Numbered from the stretch's first letter, positions 1 through 9,376 are shown. The stretch: DNA of 64,000 nt from an uncultured virus (IMG/VR IMGVR_UViG_3300047322_001016) (IMGVR_UViG_3300047322_001016); one strand, 5' to 3'. A program made the numbers and translations. The notes: generated by a model from the sequence alone, not told the origin.

Positions 1-248
1 GTGTCGGGCACGAACGCCAGGTGCCCGTTGCTGCGGATCGTCGCGTCGGGGGTTTTCGGGTCGGGGACGTGGGCGACGCACACCACTTCCACGTCGTCGC
101 TGTCGAGTGCCTGCTCGACGGCGTGTTCGGCGTCCTCCGCCATGAAGAACTCGATCCAGGCGTCGTCGACCACCGTGCGGCCGCCAACGCCGCTCTCGGA
201 GCGCAGGCAGACGGCGAACAGCTTCATCACGGTCGGATGGTCGCTCAT
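1..248 (-). CDS. hypothetical protein (runs off window)
   Basis: ATG at 248 overlaps the stop of the upstream ORF (ATGA); frame open to window edge (MSDHPTVMKLFAVC...). Confidence 0.6.
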   Translation of the reverse strand, partial: MSDHPTVMKLFAVCLRSESGVGGRTVVDDAWIEFFMAEDAEHAVEQALDSDDVEVVCVAHVPDPKTPDATIRSNGHLAFVPD

Positions 249-520
249 GCCGCCGCCGCCCTTACCGCCAGAGTCCGCACCTTGTACGGCTCAGTGATCT
301 GATACGGCCCGACACCCGACACCTTGAAGCCGACCGTCTCGTTGCGGCTGCTGTGGTCGTCGAACCCGATGCGGATAGTCGAGATTTCGTAGACGCCATC
401 GACGGGCCACGGCTTGTCGCCTTGGCCGACGCCGCACGCCGTCCCGGTCAGATGCGCTTGCTCCAGCCCGGATTGCCACACGCTGCGGATGCTCCGGCCC
501 TCGTCGTAGAGGCTGTTCAT
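245..520 (-). CDS. hypothetical protein
   Basis: ATGA-coupled ORF in the minus-strand gene run. Confidence 0.65.
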   Translation of the reverse strand: MNSLYDEGRSIRSVWQSGLEQAHLTGTACGVGQGDKPWPVDGVYEISTIRIGFDDHSSRNETVGFKVSGVGPYQITEPYKVRTLAVRAAAA

Positions 521-798
521 GACGACCTCCGGTGCTTCTTGAAGAAGCTCTCTCGCTTAGCGACAAGCTGCTCCTTGTCACGCTGCAACGACTTGATCCG
601 CCGCTCGAGCTCGGCGGCTTCGTGGTCGAACGCGGCCTCGGGCGTCTCGAAGTAGCCGCCCTTGTAGTTCGTGTGCTCGCTGCCTTCCTCGATCCAGTAG
701 TTGTCCGTGACTTTCAGGACACGGACTTTCTCCGGCCATTTGCGCCAGTCGAACTTCCAGACAGTGACCCACTTTGGCGTGGTGGCTGTCGGGCTCAT
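517..798 (-). CDS. hypothetical protein, C-terminal coiled coil
   Basis: AAAGGAG RBS then ATG 798 (MSPTATTPKW...). Confidence 0.7.
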   Translation of the reverse strand: MSPTATTPKWVTVWKFDWRKWPEKVRVLKVTDNYWIEEGSEHTNYKGGYFETPEAAFDHEAAELERRIKSLQRDKEQLVAKRESFFKKHRRSS

Positions 799-1082
799 TG
801 GGTTTCTCCTTTCGTCTCCGGAATTCCGGAGGTTTCGTGTTGCCACGCGACGTGCGCGCCGCAGTAGGCGCACACCACTTCGGTTTCGTCGTCGGCAAGG
901 ACGGCCATCGCGTCGTTGGGGCTGTACGCCATCACTCCGTCGCCGCGGCGGTTCGACACGGTGCCGTCGGCGTAGACGATGATCCCGAGCCCTTCGGGGT
1001 CGTCGTTTTCGTTGCCGGGGAACGCGATGAACTCGTCGTGCGGTTGCTCTGTGCCGTCATCTGCGTTGGGACACAGGAACAT
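795..1082 (-). CDS. hypothetical protein with CxxC
   Basis: AAGGAG RBS, MFLCPNADD...VCAYCG. Confidence 0.65.
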   Translation of the reverse strand: MFLCPNADDGTEQPHDEFIAFPGNENDDPEGLGIIVYADGTVSNRRGDGVMAYSPNDAMAVLADDETEVVCAYCGAHVAWQHETSGIPETKGETQ

Positions 1083-1114
1083 ATGGTTGGCTCCTTCCTC
1101 CGGATTTCCGGAGT

Positions 1115-1318
1115 TCAGCCCGCGAGCTCTCGCCCGCGGGCAGGGTTCTTCCAGTTCAACACGTCGTCTGTTTCGCGGTCGTGGAGCAGCTTGTTCCAGA
1201 TCGCGACGTCCTCGGCCCGCTCGCGTTTGCGCCGGTCGATCCGGGTTTCCCAGGATGCGTAGAAGCACGCGATCCCGAAGATCGCGAGCGCCGCGATGGT
1301 GATGAGCGCGAGGATCAT
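1115..1318 (-). CDS. small membrane protein
   Basis: hydrophobic N-terminus MILALITIAALAIFGIACFY. Confidence 0.6.
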   Translation of the reverse strand: MILALITIAALAIFGIACFYASWETRIDRRKRERAEDVAIWNKLLHDRETDDVLNWKNPARGRELAG

Positions 1319-1335
1319 CGTGGCACCAGCGGCCG

Positions 1336-1620
1336 TTAGAGCGCGTCCAACCGGGATTTCAGCTGGTCGGGGCCCCAGAAGCACACGTCCTGCGACGGGT
1401 ACTCGGCCGGCGTGACGCCGTGGGACAGCACCGAGTGGTCCAGGCAGTTTTTGAAGCCGTTGTCGTAGCAGTAGCGGATCACCTGGTCGATGTCGTCGGC
1501 GTCGTAGCCGCACGTCCGCAGCCCCGACCGCATCGAGATGAAGGTGTAGTCGGGCATGTAGAGGTCGCAGGTGACTTTGACTTGCTCGATCGCTTCCAGT
1601 ATCTGCGCCTGGGTGAGCAT
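1336..1620 (-). CDS. hypothetical protein
   Basis: ORF coupled (TGATG) to the upstream gene. Confidence 0.65.
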   Translation of the reverse strand: MLTQAQILEAIEQVKVTCDLYMPDYTFISMRSGLRTCGYDADDIDQVIRYCYDNGFKNCLDHSVLSHGVTPAEYPSQDVCFWGPDQLKSRLDAL

Positions 1621-1853
1621 CAGAACGCTTCCCGGCTGGCGCGCTGCACGACGGTGATCTGCATGATCTTGTCCCGGGGAATCAGGATCTCGTTGCCGAG
1701 GTCGTTCCCGACCGTCCCCTGAAGCGTGACGTAATGCTCGCTCTCACGGACGAACGTGCCGTGTCTGCTGCGTCCGTCTGTCCGTTCGACCGAGAGCTCG
1801 TCGCCCCGGCTGATTCTGGCTCGCTGAAGCGAAGCCGCTGCTGACTGAGACAT
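1620..1853 (-). CDS. hypothetical protein, possible Sm/SH3-like beta fold
   Basis: RBS AAAGGAG; alternating beta pattern ending EILIPRDKIMQITV. Confidence 0.6.
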   Translation of the reverse strand: MSQSAAASLQRARISRGDELSVERTDGRSRHGTFVRESEHYVTLQGTVGNDLGNEILIPRDKIMQITVVQRASREAF

Positions 1854-1889
1854 GGTGCTTGTTCTCCTTTCTGCTCCGGAATTCCGGAG

Positions 1890-2444
1890 TCAGTCGCTTT
1901 CGCCGGGGATCATCCCGTCGATGTAGTAGTGCCCTTGCTCGACACCCGAAGGATCGAGCTTCACGAGACAAACCGCAAGGTATTGCTCTGCTGCTTCGCG
2001 GGACGGGAACCCGAGCGGCCCGTAGGTTCCGTCGATCCTGCCGACCCACGCCCGCGACTCGAGCCGTTCGTCGAGCGGGGACAGCTGCGCGTTCGTAGAG
2101 AAGTGATCGCCCACGGTCGGTCGGTAGTCGGACGGAGGATCGGGCAGGCCGATGACCTCCATGACCGTTTCGTCGCGGTCGCCGCGGATCACCCGGTAGT
2201 TGCCGCCCCAGAACGACGATCGGTACACGGCCCCGACGACATGCCCGGTCGCCGTGATCTCCGGGCCTACCTCGTCTGCGAGGACGACCTCGATTTCGAG
2301 TTGGTTGACGCTCGGGCGCCACGGGTGCGCGAGCCCGAGCTGATCCAGGATCGCTTTCCCGATTTCGTCGGGTGTGCGGCGGTCGTCGGTTGGCACCCCG
2401 ATGTTCAGGTGCACGAGGACGACACGCTGTGTGTCGGTCGTCAT
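1890..2444 (-). CDS. hypothetical protein
   Basis: RBS AAGGGAG, ATG 2444 (MTTDTQRVVLVHLNIG). Confidence 0.65.
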   Translation of the reverse strand: MTTDTQRVVLVHLNIGVPTDDRRTPDEIGKAILDQLGLAHPWRPSVNQLEIEVVLADEVGPEITATGHVVGAVYRSSFWGGNYRVIRGDRDETVMEVIGLPDPPSDYRPTVGDHFSTNAQLSPLDERLESRAWVGRIDGTYGPLGFPSREAAEQYLAVCLVKLDPSGVEQGHYYIDGMIPGESD

Positions 2445-2476
2445 GGTTCTCCCTTCTCTCTCCGGATTTCCGGAGG

Positions 2477-2719
2477 TTAGGCGTTGATGCGGCTGCTGAT
2501 CCTGTTCAGCGCCGACATATAGTCCCTGGTGGTGGCGTGGTTGTCCTTGATCTTCGCGACGAGCTTGTCGTCCGTCATCCCGCCCTTCTTGAAGTCGGAG
2601 ATGATCTTGATCGTCGCGGCGTTCTCCGCGGCCCGGAGCGCGTCGCGGAGCTTGTCGATGGCTTCCATCGCTTCGTTCTGCTCGACGCAGGCGCGCGAGC
2701 CCCAGCTTCCGCCGTTCAC
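2477..2719 (-). CDS. hypothetical protein
   Basis: GTGA overlap with the upstream stop; start could be ATG 2668. Confidence 0.55.
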   Translation of the reverse strand: MNGGSWGSRACVEQNEAMEAIDKLRDALRAAENAATIKIISDFKKGGMTDDKLVAKIKDNHATTRDYMSALNRISSRINA

Positions 2720-3021
2720 GACGACACCGCCGCACGCAAACGCTCCACGTCCGACATATCCAGCCACGACAGCTCTTCGCAGATTCGCTTGATGTTGTCC
2801 TTGCCGTCGATCCGTCGTTTGATCGCGGCGATCACGAGCTGGCGGTCGTCGTCGCCGAGCGACTCGGGCAGCCTTGTGCAGTACGAGCCGTCGTCGATCT
2901 GCTCTCCCGTCTCCGCGTCCAACACGGAGAACCGCAGCAGAGCTTCGTCGTCGGGGTCGTCGGCGATGTAGTCGCCGCTCCATCCTTCCCCGATGTGTTC
3001 GAGCTCGACGATGTAGGTCAT
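2716..3021 (-). CDS. hypothetical acidic protein
   Basis: RBS AAAGGAA, MTYIVELEHIGEGWSGDY. Confidence 0.7.
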   Translation of the reverse strand: MTYIVELEHIGEGWSGDYIADDPDDEALLRFSVLDAETGEQIDDGSYCTRLPESLGDDDRQLVIAAIKRRIDGKDNIKRICEELSWLDMSDVERLRAAVSS

Positions 3022-3062
3022 CGTGCTTCCTTTCCGTTTGGCTCCGGAATTCCGGAGCGTTT

Positions 3063-3245
3063 TCAGGCCCGCTGCTGCGGCGCCAGTTTCAGGCAGCGCC
3101 GGCAGGTGATCGGGCCTGTGTCGACGACTTTCCATCCGGGGCGTTTCGGGCCGACGCGCGCCCCGCAGGTTGTGGTGGGGGACATGACGCCGCCGCCGTG
3201 GACGATCCCTGACGGCGACCGCCAGCAGTAGAACGGCGTTCCCAT
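3063..3245 (-). CDS. small Cys-rich protein
   Basis: H...CG...TCRRC motif; TGATG-coupled. Confidence 0.55.
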   Translation of the reverse strand: MGTPFYCWRSPSGIVHGGGVMSPTTTCGARVGPKRPGWKVVDTGPITCRRCLKLAPQQRA

Positions 3246-3427
3246 CAGGCTGCCCTGCTCGGGTTCAGGTACGCCCAGTAGCAGGCGAGGCAGAACCGTC
3301 TGATTTCGCCTTGGACGGTGGTCGAGACGCGCGGCGGACCTCCGCATTTGCAGCGTTCCCGCTGGATCGCGAGCGACAGGATCGTGTTGGCTGACGGGCC
3401 GCGCACCCGTTTCGCGTTCCGGGCCAC
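3245..3427 (-). CDS. small Zn-finger-like protein
   Basis: CKCG...CLAC. Confidence 0.5.
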   Translation of the reverse strand: MARNAKRVRGPSANTILSLAIQRERCKCGGPPRVSTTVQGEIRRFCLACYWAYLNPSRAA

Positions 3428-3429
3428 GA

Positions 3430-3939
3430 CTAGCTGCTTTCGTCGGTGAGGATCAGGTCGGGGAAGTGGCCGCCGTCGAACAGGGTGATGAACATGCTCA
3501 TCGCCCATGTGTGCGGCACTTCGATCCAGTAGCCGTTCGTGTTGTCGGAGCAGCTTGGGTCGCCGCAGCCGCACCGATCGGCGTCCGGCTCGCCGTAGCT
3601 TCCGTGGCTGACGCACGCGAAGCCCATCTGCTCAAGAGCTTCGACGGCCTTCCTGACGTCGGCTGCGGTTTTCCCTTCGAACGGGTGCAGCAGATGCGTT
3701 TCGTCGGAGTTGACGGTCGCCTTCCAGCCGTTCGAGAGCGCCCGGGCAAGCACACACTGTTCCGAGTTCCCCAGCTGCCCTTTCGGGAGTTCCGGCAGTA
3801 CGCCGTCGCCGATCGCCAAGGCGTGGCGGATGCTGTTCGCGTCGGCGAGGGCGATCGGCAGCAGCAGCGTGTAGTTGCCGCCCTCCACCTTTTCCTCTAG
3901 GGAAAGCGGCGGGTCGTAGATCGGGGTTGTGGTTGTCAT
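3430..3939 (-). CDS. hypothetical protein
   Basis: RBS AAAGGAG; 169 aa ORF. Confidence 0.7.
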   Translation of the reverse strand: MTTTTPIYDPPLSLEEKVEGGNYTLLLPIALADANSIRHALAIGDGVLPELPKGQLGNSEQCVLARALSNGWKATVNSDETHLLHPFEGKTAADVRKAVEALEQMGFACVSHGSYGEPDADRCGCGDPSCSDNTNGYWIEVPHTWAMSMFITLFDGGHFPDLILTDESS

Positions 3940-4094
3940 CGTGGTTCTCCTTTCGCGCTCCGGATTTCCGGAGCAATGGTGGTTTGCGGAACGCCGAAAG
4001 CCCCGCCAACCGGGTGGTTGGCGGGGCTTTCGGCGTAGGGTGGCGTCTTTAGCGCCGCGTCATGGGGTCCTCCTATCGACGAAGGGACAGCGAA

Positions 4095-4163
4095 TGGCGG
4101 GCCGAGGATTCGAACCTCGCGGGGCTTGCGGTTCCCGGCGCGAGCCTGTGTCGCGCACCCACC
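4095..4163 (-). ncRNA. tRNA-like element
   Basis: GGTGGGT/GCCCGCC acceptor, 6-bp GCGCGA/TCGCGC arm, imperfect CGGG/CCCG arm, T-arm CGAGG-TTCGAAT-CCTCG. Confidence 0.55.
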
Positions 4164-4175
4164 GTGTCGGAGGGT

Positions 4176-4499
4176 TTAGAAGTCGGGCCGCGGGTCGCAG
4201 GCGCTGTCGTGCGACCCGGGTGTGGTGCCGGGCGGCAGCATCCTGGCGGGCCACGGCACGTTGCCGTGGCGGTTCACGATCCGGTCCGCGATGGTGCCCT
4301 GGTCGCGGTGCTGGATCAGCACGTCGCGGACCTCGTAGAACACGGAGCGCTCGACGGCGTGGTAGGACGTGTGCAGGTCGACGCGGCACCGGATGTTTTC
4401 GAGCTTCTCGCCGTCGGCGATGCCGTCGGCGAGGGTGCGTAGCGCCAACACGACAGCTTCGTCGGTGAGGAAACGGTCGCTGGCTTCTGCCTGACTCAT
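4176..4499 (-). CDS. hypothetical protein
   Basis: RBS AAGGAG after the palindrome. Confidence 0.65.
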   Translation of the reverse strand: MSQAEASDRFLTDEAVVLALRTLADGIADGEKLENIRCRVDLHTSYHAVERSVFYEVRDVLIQHRDQGTIADRIVNRHGNVPWPARMLPPGTTPGSHDSACDPRPDF

Positions 4500-4530
4500 T
4501 GGGGTTCTCCTTCTCCGGAATTCCGGAGCG

Positions 4531-4776
4531 TTAGATGGCGACGGGGCTGACCACCGGGTCGCCGTTGATGTACGTCAGGGTCACGAGCTCGGCCTCGGCC
4601 TGGACGGCGAACAGGTACTCCCGCATCTTCGGGTCGTCCTGCTCCATCTTCTGCCAGAACCGGGCGATGGCGGCCTCGGGGTCGGTGTCGCCGTCGAACT
4701 CGACGGTTCCGAAGCCGACGGTCTTGCCGGGTTCCCGGATCAGCCAGTACGGCTCCCCGGGCGTGGTGGTGGTCAC
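4531..4776 (-). CDS. hypothetical protein
   Basis: GTGA-coupled ORF. Confidence 0.6.
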   Translation of the reverse strand: MTTTTPGEPYWLIREPGKTVGFGTVEFDGDTDPEAAIARFWQKMEQDDPKMREYLFAVQAEAELVTLTYINGDPVVSPVAI

Positions 4777-4937
4777 GGCGTCACCCGGCGGAGCTGCTCG
4801 GGCGCGTACAGCCAGCGGCGGCGGGTGCGCTCCCACCACACGGCGACGGTGCCGTCGGTGACGCTCTCGACGGTCCCCTGCTCGCGGATGGGGTCGGTGG
4901 CGAGGAACACGCGGTCGCCACGGACGATCTCGGTCAT
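4773..4937 (-). CDS. small SH3-like hypothetical protein
   Basis: MTEIVRGDRV...GTVESV...WLYAPEQL pattern. Confidence 0.6.
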   Translation of the reverse strand: MTEIVRGDRVFLATDPIREQGTVESVTDGTVAVWWERTRRRWLYAPEQLRRVTP

Positions 4938-4978
4938 GGTTGGTTCCTTTCCCTCCGGAATTCCGGAGTGTTGTGGGT

Positions 4979-5326
4979 TCAGGCGGCTGCGTAGCGGTCG
5001 CCGCGGGCGGTGTTCTCCGCGATCGTGACGGGCTGCAGATGCGCGGGGTTGACGCAGCGCCTGCCGGATTTGCAGCCGACGCCGTTGACGCGGAGATGGT
5101 CGAGGACCATTCCGTCGGGGATCGGGCCGACGCACAGCTCCCAGACGAAGCGGTGCGCGACCGAGACGGTTCCGCAGGCGCGGAACTGCCCGTATCCGTA
5201 GTCGTTCAGCGACGCAAGCCACGTCCAGCAGGGCTGGCCGAGGAACATGAACGAAGGGTCGACTTCCTCGACGATCTTCATCCACAGGCGCCGTCGTTCT
5301 TCGCGCGTCATCGGACGCGGAAGCAT
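4979..5326 (-). CDS. HNH endonuclease (phage type)
   Basis: CWTW...GYGQF...AHRFVWE...GPIPDGMVLDH...CVNPAHL...EN. Confidence 0.85.
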   Translation of the reverse strand: MLPRPMTREERRRLWMKIVEEVDPSFMFLGQPCWTWLASLNDYGYGQFRACGTVSVAHRFVWELCVGPIPDGMVLDHLRVNGVGCKSGRRCVNPAHLQPVTIAENTARGDRYAAA

Positions 5327-5358
5327 CGGAACCTCCTTCCTACCGCTGGCGGTAGTTT

Positions 5359-5559
5359 TCAGCCGAGGTAGCCGCCGCAGCTGGGGCAGGCGTCGTAGAG
5401 GATGCCGTCCCAGTATTGGCCGCACGTCTGGCAGGTGGAAATGTCGCCGTCGTATTCGACGTCGGTTTCGAGCAGCCACTCGCCGATCCGTTCGGCGAGG
5501 GCTTCTTCGCGCTCGAGCTCGTCGATCTCAGCTTCGAGGCTGTGGGTGGGAGAGTCCAA
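5359..5559 (-). CDS. small Zn-ribbon protein
   Basis: CQTCG...CPSCGG. Confidence 0.55.
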   Translation of the reverse strand: MDSPTHSLEAEIDELEREEALAERIGEWLLETDVEYDGDISTCQTCGQYWDGILYDACPSCGGYLG

Positions 5560-5660
5560 GTTCCCATCCTTTCGTTATGCCGCTCCGGATTTCCGGAGTC
5601 GGGATGCCGAAGGCACCCGCCGACCCCGCACGGTGTCGGGGTCGGGCGGCTGAGCTCGGT

Positions 5661-5879
5661 TCATCGGACGGGGACGCCGTGGCGCCGCCTTTTGCGGGTG
5701 ATCCGCGGCGTTCCGCCGGCGGTGCTGGTCGCGGCGAAGTGCCGCGCCCAGGCGTTCCGGGGCTTCGCGGTCGCGGCGACGGGCGCGCGGTTGTGTCCCG
5801 GCTCGAAGCCGCACTTTTTACAGTGGGCTCCCGGGAACTTGTCGCCGCAGCAGACACAGGTTGGTGTCCGTGGGTGCAT
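5661..5879 (-). CDS. small Cys-rich protein
   Basis: CVCCG...CKKCG; RBS AAAGGGG. Confidence 0.5.
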   Translation of the reverse strand: MHPRTPTCVCCGDKFPGAHCKKCGFEPGHNRAPVAATAKPRNAWARHFAATSTAGGTPRITRKRRRHGVPVR

Positions 5880-6009
5880 GAGGTTTCACCCCCTTTCCGG
5901 CACGCTTCCGCGTACCCGCCACGCCGCGGCCCGATGACGGCGCGGCGTGGCGGCTACCCGGACGTGCGGGTGCCGGGACCCCGAGGGCTTCCGGGGTCCC
6001 GGCGGTGGG

Positions 6010-6129
6010 TTAGAGCCAGAACTGTCGCGTGAACGGGCTGGTGCCGTCCCGTCGGGCAACCGCCACCATGACGATGACGAAGTGCAGGACGATGGCCGCG
6101 ACGAACAGGCAGAAGCCGACGAGGCCCAT
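6010..6129 (-). CDS. small membrane protein (39 aa)
   Basis: RBS AAGGAG, MGLVGFCLFVAAIVLHFVIVMVAV. Confidence 0.55.
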   Translation of the reverse strand: MGLVGFCLFVAAIVLHFVIVMVAVARRDGTSPFTRQFWL

Positions 6130-6234
6130 GCTTGCTCCTTTCGTTTGGTGCGCGGGTTTTCGTGCACCCGCCGCACCCCGGTTGTGCGGGGTGCGGGCGG
6201 CTGGACTCCGGATTTCCGGAATGTCCCGCGCGGT

Positions 6235-6495
6235 TCAGGCGAACGGGTTGACGCCGTCGGCTTGCGACTCGCGGATGATTCGCTGCCAGTCGCCGATGTT
6301 CGACGGGGTGTCGTCGCGGATCGCTTTCTCGGCGAGGAACATCCCGAGTCGCCTGGTGAGCGTCTCGCGTCGTTCCTGGTCGAGTCCGGGGTCGCGCAGC
6401 ATGATGATCGCGAGCGCGGTGGCGCCGGTGAGCGTGGCGTCGCTGAACCGTTGAATGTCCTCGTCGATTTCGACGCGTTCGTCGGTTGCGGACAT
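6235..6495 (-). CDS. hypothetical protein
   Basis: RBS AAGGGAG within the repeat unit. Confidence 0.65.
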   Translation of the reverse strand: MSATDERVEIDEDIQRFSDATLTGATALAIIMLRDPGLDQERRETLTRRLGMFLAEKAIRDDTPSNIGDWQRIIRESQADGVNPFA

Positions 6496-6602
6496 TCTCC
6501 GACTCCCTTCTATGCCGCGCTCCGGATTTCCGGAGCGGGAGTGCCACAGGCACTCGCCCCACCCGCGCCAGGAGAATCGGGGGTGGGGCGACTACTCGCG
6601 GC

Positions 6603-6809
6603 TCACGCGACGGGCTGACCGGTGTACTGCTGGATTCGTGCCACCAGGTCGGCGGGGACCTCGAAGTCGAGGGCCTCGTACCGCTCGTCCAGCAGCTGCT
6701 GCGCGAATTCGCGCCGCGTGTGCGGGATGAGGTCGTCGGTGGCGATCCAGAGCAACTGGAGGTCGCTCATCGCATGGAGCGGCGTCCGTTTTGTGGCGGG
6801 CGCGTCCAT
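6603..6809 (-). CDS. hypothetical protein
   Basis: RBS AAAGGA, MDAPATKRTPLH. Confidence 0.6.
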   Translation of the reverse strand: MDAPATKRTPLHAMSDLQLLWIATDDLIPHTRREFAQQLLDERYEALDFEVPADLVARIQQYTGQPVA

Positions 6810-6973
6810 GAGATCGTCCTTTCTGCTTCCCGCTCCGGATTTCCGGAGTCGGGGCGACCCGGGAGTCGCAGGCCGCACCCCCGAAGGGTGCGACCGGTAG
6901 CTCCCGCGTGCCTAGTTGGTGTGGAGGACCCAGGCGACGCCGACGGCGAACAGCAGGATCACGACGACGGCGG

Positions 6974-7201
6974 TCATGCGAGCCGCAGGTCGTATTCGTC
7001 GAGGTCGCGTACCTGGCGGCCGGTGCGCCGCACTTCGTCGGCGATCGCGGCGAGGGTGTCGGGCCCCCACTCGTTGCCGTCGAGGATCACGGTGATCCGG
7101 TCGACTGCTTTGCGGTCGCCGCGGAGAAGGTATTTGTCTCCCAGCCATCCGCCGAGCAGGCCGCCGACGACGCAGTAGACGATCAGAGCAACAGCCATCA
7201 T
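6974..7201 (-). CDS. small membrane protein
   Basis: N-terminal TM segment; RBS AAAGGAG. Confidence 0.65.
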   Translation of the reverse strand: MMAVALIVYCVVGGLLGGWLGDKYLLRGDRKAVDRITVILDGNEWGPDTLAAIADEVRRTGRQVRDLDEYDLRLA

Positions 7202-7304
7202 GGGGCTGCTCCTTTCTATGCCGTCTCCGGATTTCCGGAGTACGGGATGCTCGAAAGCACCCGCCGCCCCCGTTGCTTCCCGGGGGCTGGCGGCTACCGT
7301 CGTG

Positions 7305-7532
7305 CTAGGCGGCTTCTGTTACGAGCTGGTCGAACAGGTGGCGCGCCATCCGGATCGCTTTCACTCGCCTGCGGCACAGTTCGATCTCGTCACGGTCGAG
7401 GTCGCGGCCGTCGATCCGCGTCCGGTCGCCGTCGGCGACCTGTTCGCAGATGTTGCAGGTGAGCAGAGCCCGCGGCCGTGTGTTCCCTTCGACGACGCAG
7501 ACTTCTGTGTGGCAACACGCGCAGCGAAGCAT
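7305..7532 (-). CDS. Zn-binding hypothetical protein
   Basis: CACC...CNIC; RBS AAAGGTG. Confidence 0.6.
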   Translation of the reverse strand: MLRCACCHTEVCVVEGNTRPRALLTCNICEQVADGDRTRIDGRDLDRDEIELCRRRVKAIRMARHLFDQLVTEAA

Positions 7533-7627
7533 GTGTGTCACCTTTCTCTATGCCGCTCCGGATTTCCGGAGCGGGGTGCGTAAACACCCGCCGCAACCCC
7601 GGGCGTCCGGGGTTGCGGGGCGGCTGG

Positions 7628-7915
7628 CTACGCGGCGGCGCGGTCCTCGAGCAGCATCCGCACGGTCGTCTCGTCGTACCAGTCGTCGACTGGGACCCGG
7701 ACGACGACGATTCCGCGGTCGGGGTAGACGCCGACGGCCTCGTCGAACAGTTCCCGGTACCGGACGGCGACGGGGACCTCGAGCCGCTCGTCGAGGGTGG
7801 TGTAGAGCGTCTCCTGCGTCGTCGCGTCGAGGACGGCGATGTGGAGCGGCCCTGCCACGTCTGCTGTGCTGCGGAGCAGACCCCTGGCGGTGCGGGGTGA
7901 ATGGACGGTGGACAT
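7628..7915 (-). CDS. hypothetical protein
   Basis: RBS AGGAGG. Confidence 0.65.
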   Translation of the reverse strand: MSTVHSPRTARGLLRSTADVAGPLHIAVLDATTQETLYTTLDERLEVPVAVRYRELFDEAVGVYPDRGIVVVRVPVDDWYDETTVRMLLEDRAAA

Positions 7916-8181
7916 AAGGCGGTCCTCCTATGTTGTGTTCGGTGTCCGGAATTCCGGAGGCACCCGCCGCCCCGACTGGTTACGGGGCTGGCGGCTACGG
8001 GCGGAAGCTAGAACACGTAGACGCGGTTGGGCCAGTAGTGCAGGACCCAGACGCGGAACGGCTTGCCGTCCAGCGTCTGCACGTCGAGGGTGACGCGACG
8101 CAACGGGAACATGGTTTTCCTTTCCGGCACTCCGGTTTTCCGGAAGCACCCGCCGCCCCCGATCTGCCCGGGGGCTGGCGG

Positions 8182-8334
8182 CTACTTGCAGACGCCGTTT
8201 GTGTCGACGACCGTTCCGGGGGTGACGACGCACCCGGCCTGCTGGAACGTGTTGTCGATGGCGCGGCCGACGAGGACGACGGACGCGACGAACACGGCAG
8301 CGAGCACAACCCAGAGGGTGAGTGACGCACGCAT
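8182..8334 (-). CDS. small membrane/secreted protein
   Basis: MRASLTLWVVLAAVFVASVVLV. Confidence 0.55.
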   Translation of the reverse strand: MRASLTLWVVLAAVFVASVVLVGRAIDNTFQQAGCVVTPGTVVDTNGVCK

Positions 8335-8699
8335 GGTGTGTCCTTTCAATGCCGACTCCGGAATTCCGGAAGCCGGGGTGCACGTCGGCACCGGCCGAAG
8401 TCCCGACGTATCGGGACTCCGGGGCCGCTGCTTACGCTGCGGGGTAGGGCTGCCAGCCGGTCTCGCGGGGAAGCTGCAACGGCAGCTGCCGCGCGTCCGG
8501 CGTCCGGGTCGCGCGACCCAGCACCCACGGCTGACGTGCGTTGCACGGTCGCGGGTCGAGGGTCACCGGCTTGGTGGCGGTGGTGGACATAACACGTCCT
8601 TTCACTAGAGGGTGTACGTCCTGGCGATTCCGGAATTCCGGAAGCACCGGGAACGGGAAGCAACCCGAAAGTCGCTTCCCGTCCCGCTGTCTCCCGAAC

Positions 8700-8897
8700 C
8701 TACGCGCCCGGCTTGCTTTCCTTGGCGAACGCGAGCTGTTTCTCGCACAGCCCGACGCGCCGTCCGATCTCCGCGACGACCGCTTGCGGAGACACACCGT
8801 ATTCGCGTGACACGAACACGATCGCGTCTGCGAAGCCGACGCCTTTACCAACGTCCCTGCGGGCTTCGTTGGTGGCTTCGATCACAGCCTGATCCAT
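8700..8897 (-). CDS. hypothetical protein
   Basis: RBS AAGGGGTG; 65 aa. Confidence 0.55.
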   Translation of the reverse strand: MDQAVIEATNEARRDVGKGVGFADAIVFVSREYGVSPQAVVAEIGRRVGLCEKQLAFAKESKPGA

Positions 8898-9376
8898 TAG
8901 ATTCCACCCCCTTCCGCGCCTAGGTGGAACGCCATTCCGGAATTCCAGAATGGCCGGGACGGATCGCCTAGCGCCCGTCCCGTGGCCGATCTCCTACCCT
9001 TCTAATTATAGTCGAGCCAACAAGGAAACACAACTGTTGGCAGCGGCTGTAGTTGCCGACCCGGGACCACAGAAAAGCCCCCGAACCCTCCGGGGGCCTG
9101 CCTGCGCGGGTTCGTCAACCCGACCTACATTTCCATCGCCGGGAACACGTCGTCGACCTGCGGGCTGATCTGCTGAATCCCAAGCAGGATCGAGCACAGC
9201 GGCATCACACACCACGCCGCGAACGGCCACAACGACTCCGGCCCCCACAAATACAGGCCGTCCACATCCCGCGGATCATCGAACACCGACCAATCCACAA
9301 CACCCATCACACACTCCCTCCAACTCGACTCCCACAAGCATCCCCCACACAGCCACCAAACACAAAGAAAGGAGGA

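Larger units (their letters stand above)
5583..8432 (-). repeat. modular intergenic unit: bulged GC hairpin + small hairpin + palindrome + GGCAT-AGAAAGG RBS
   Basis: plus-strand GCACCCGCCG..CCC-loop-GGG..GGCGGCTA variants near 5613, 5911, 6163, 6550, 7257, 7584, 7960, 8146, 8388; stems covary while loops differ. Confidence 0.8.
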
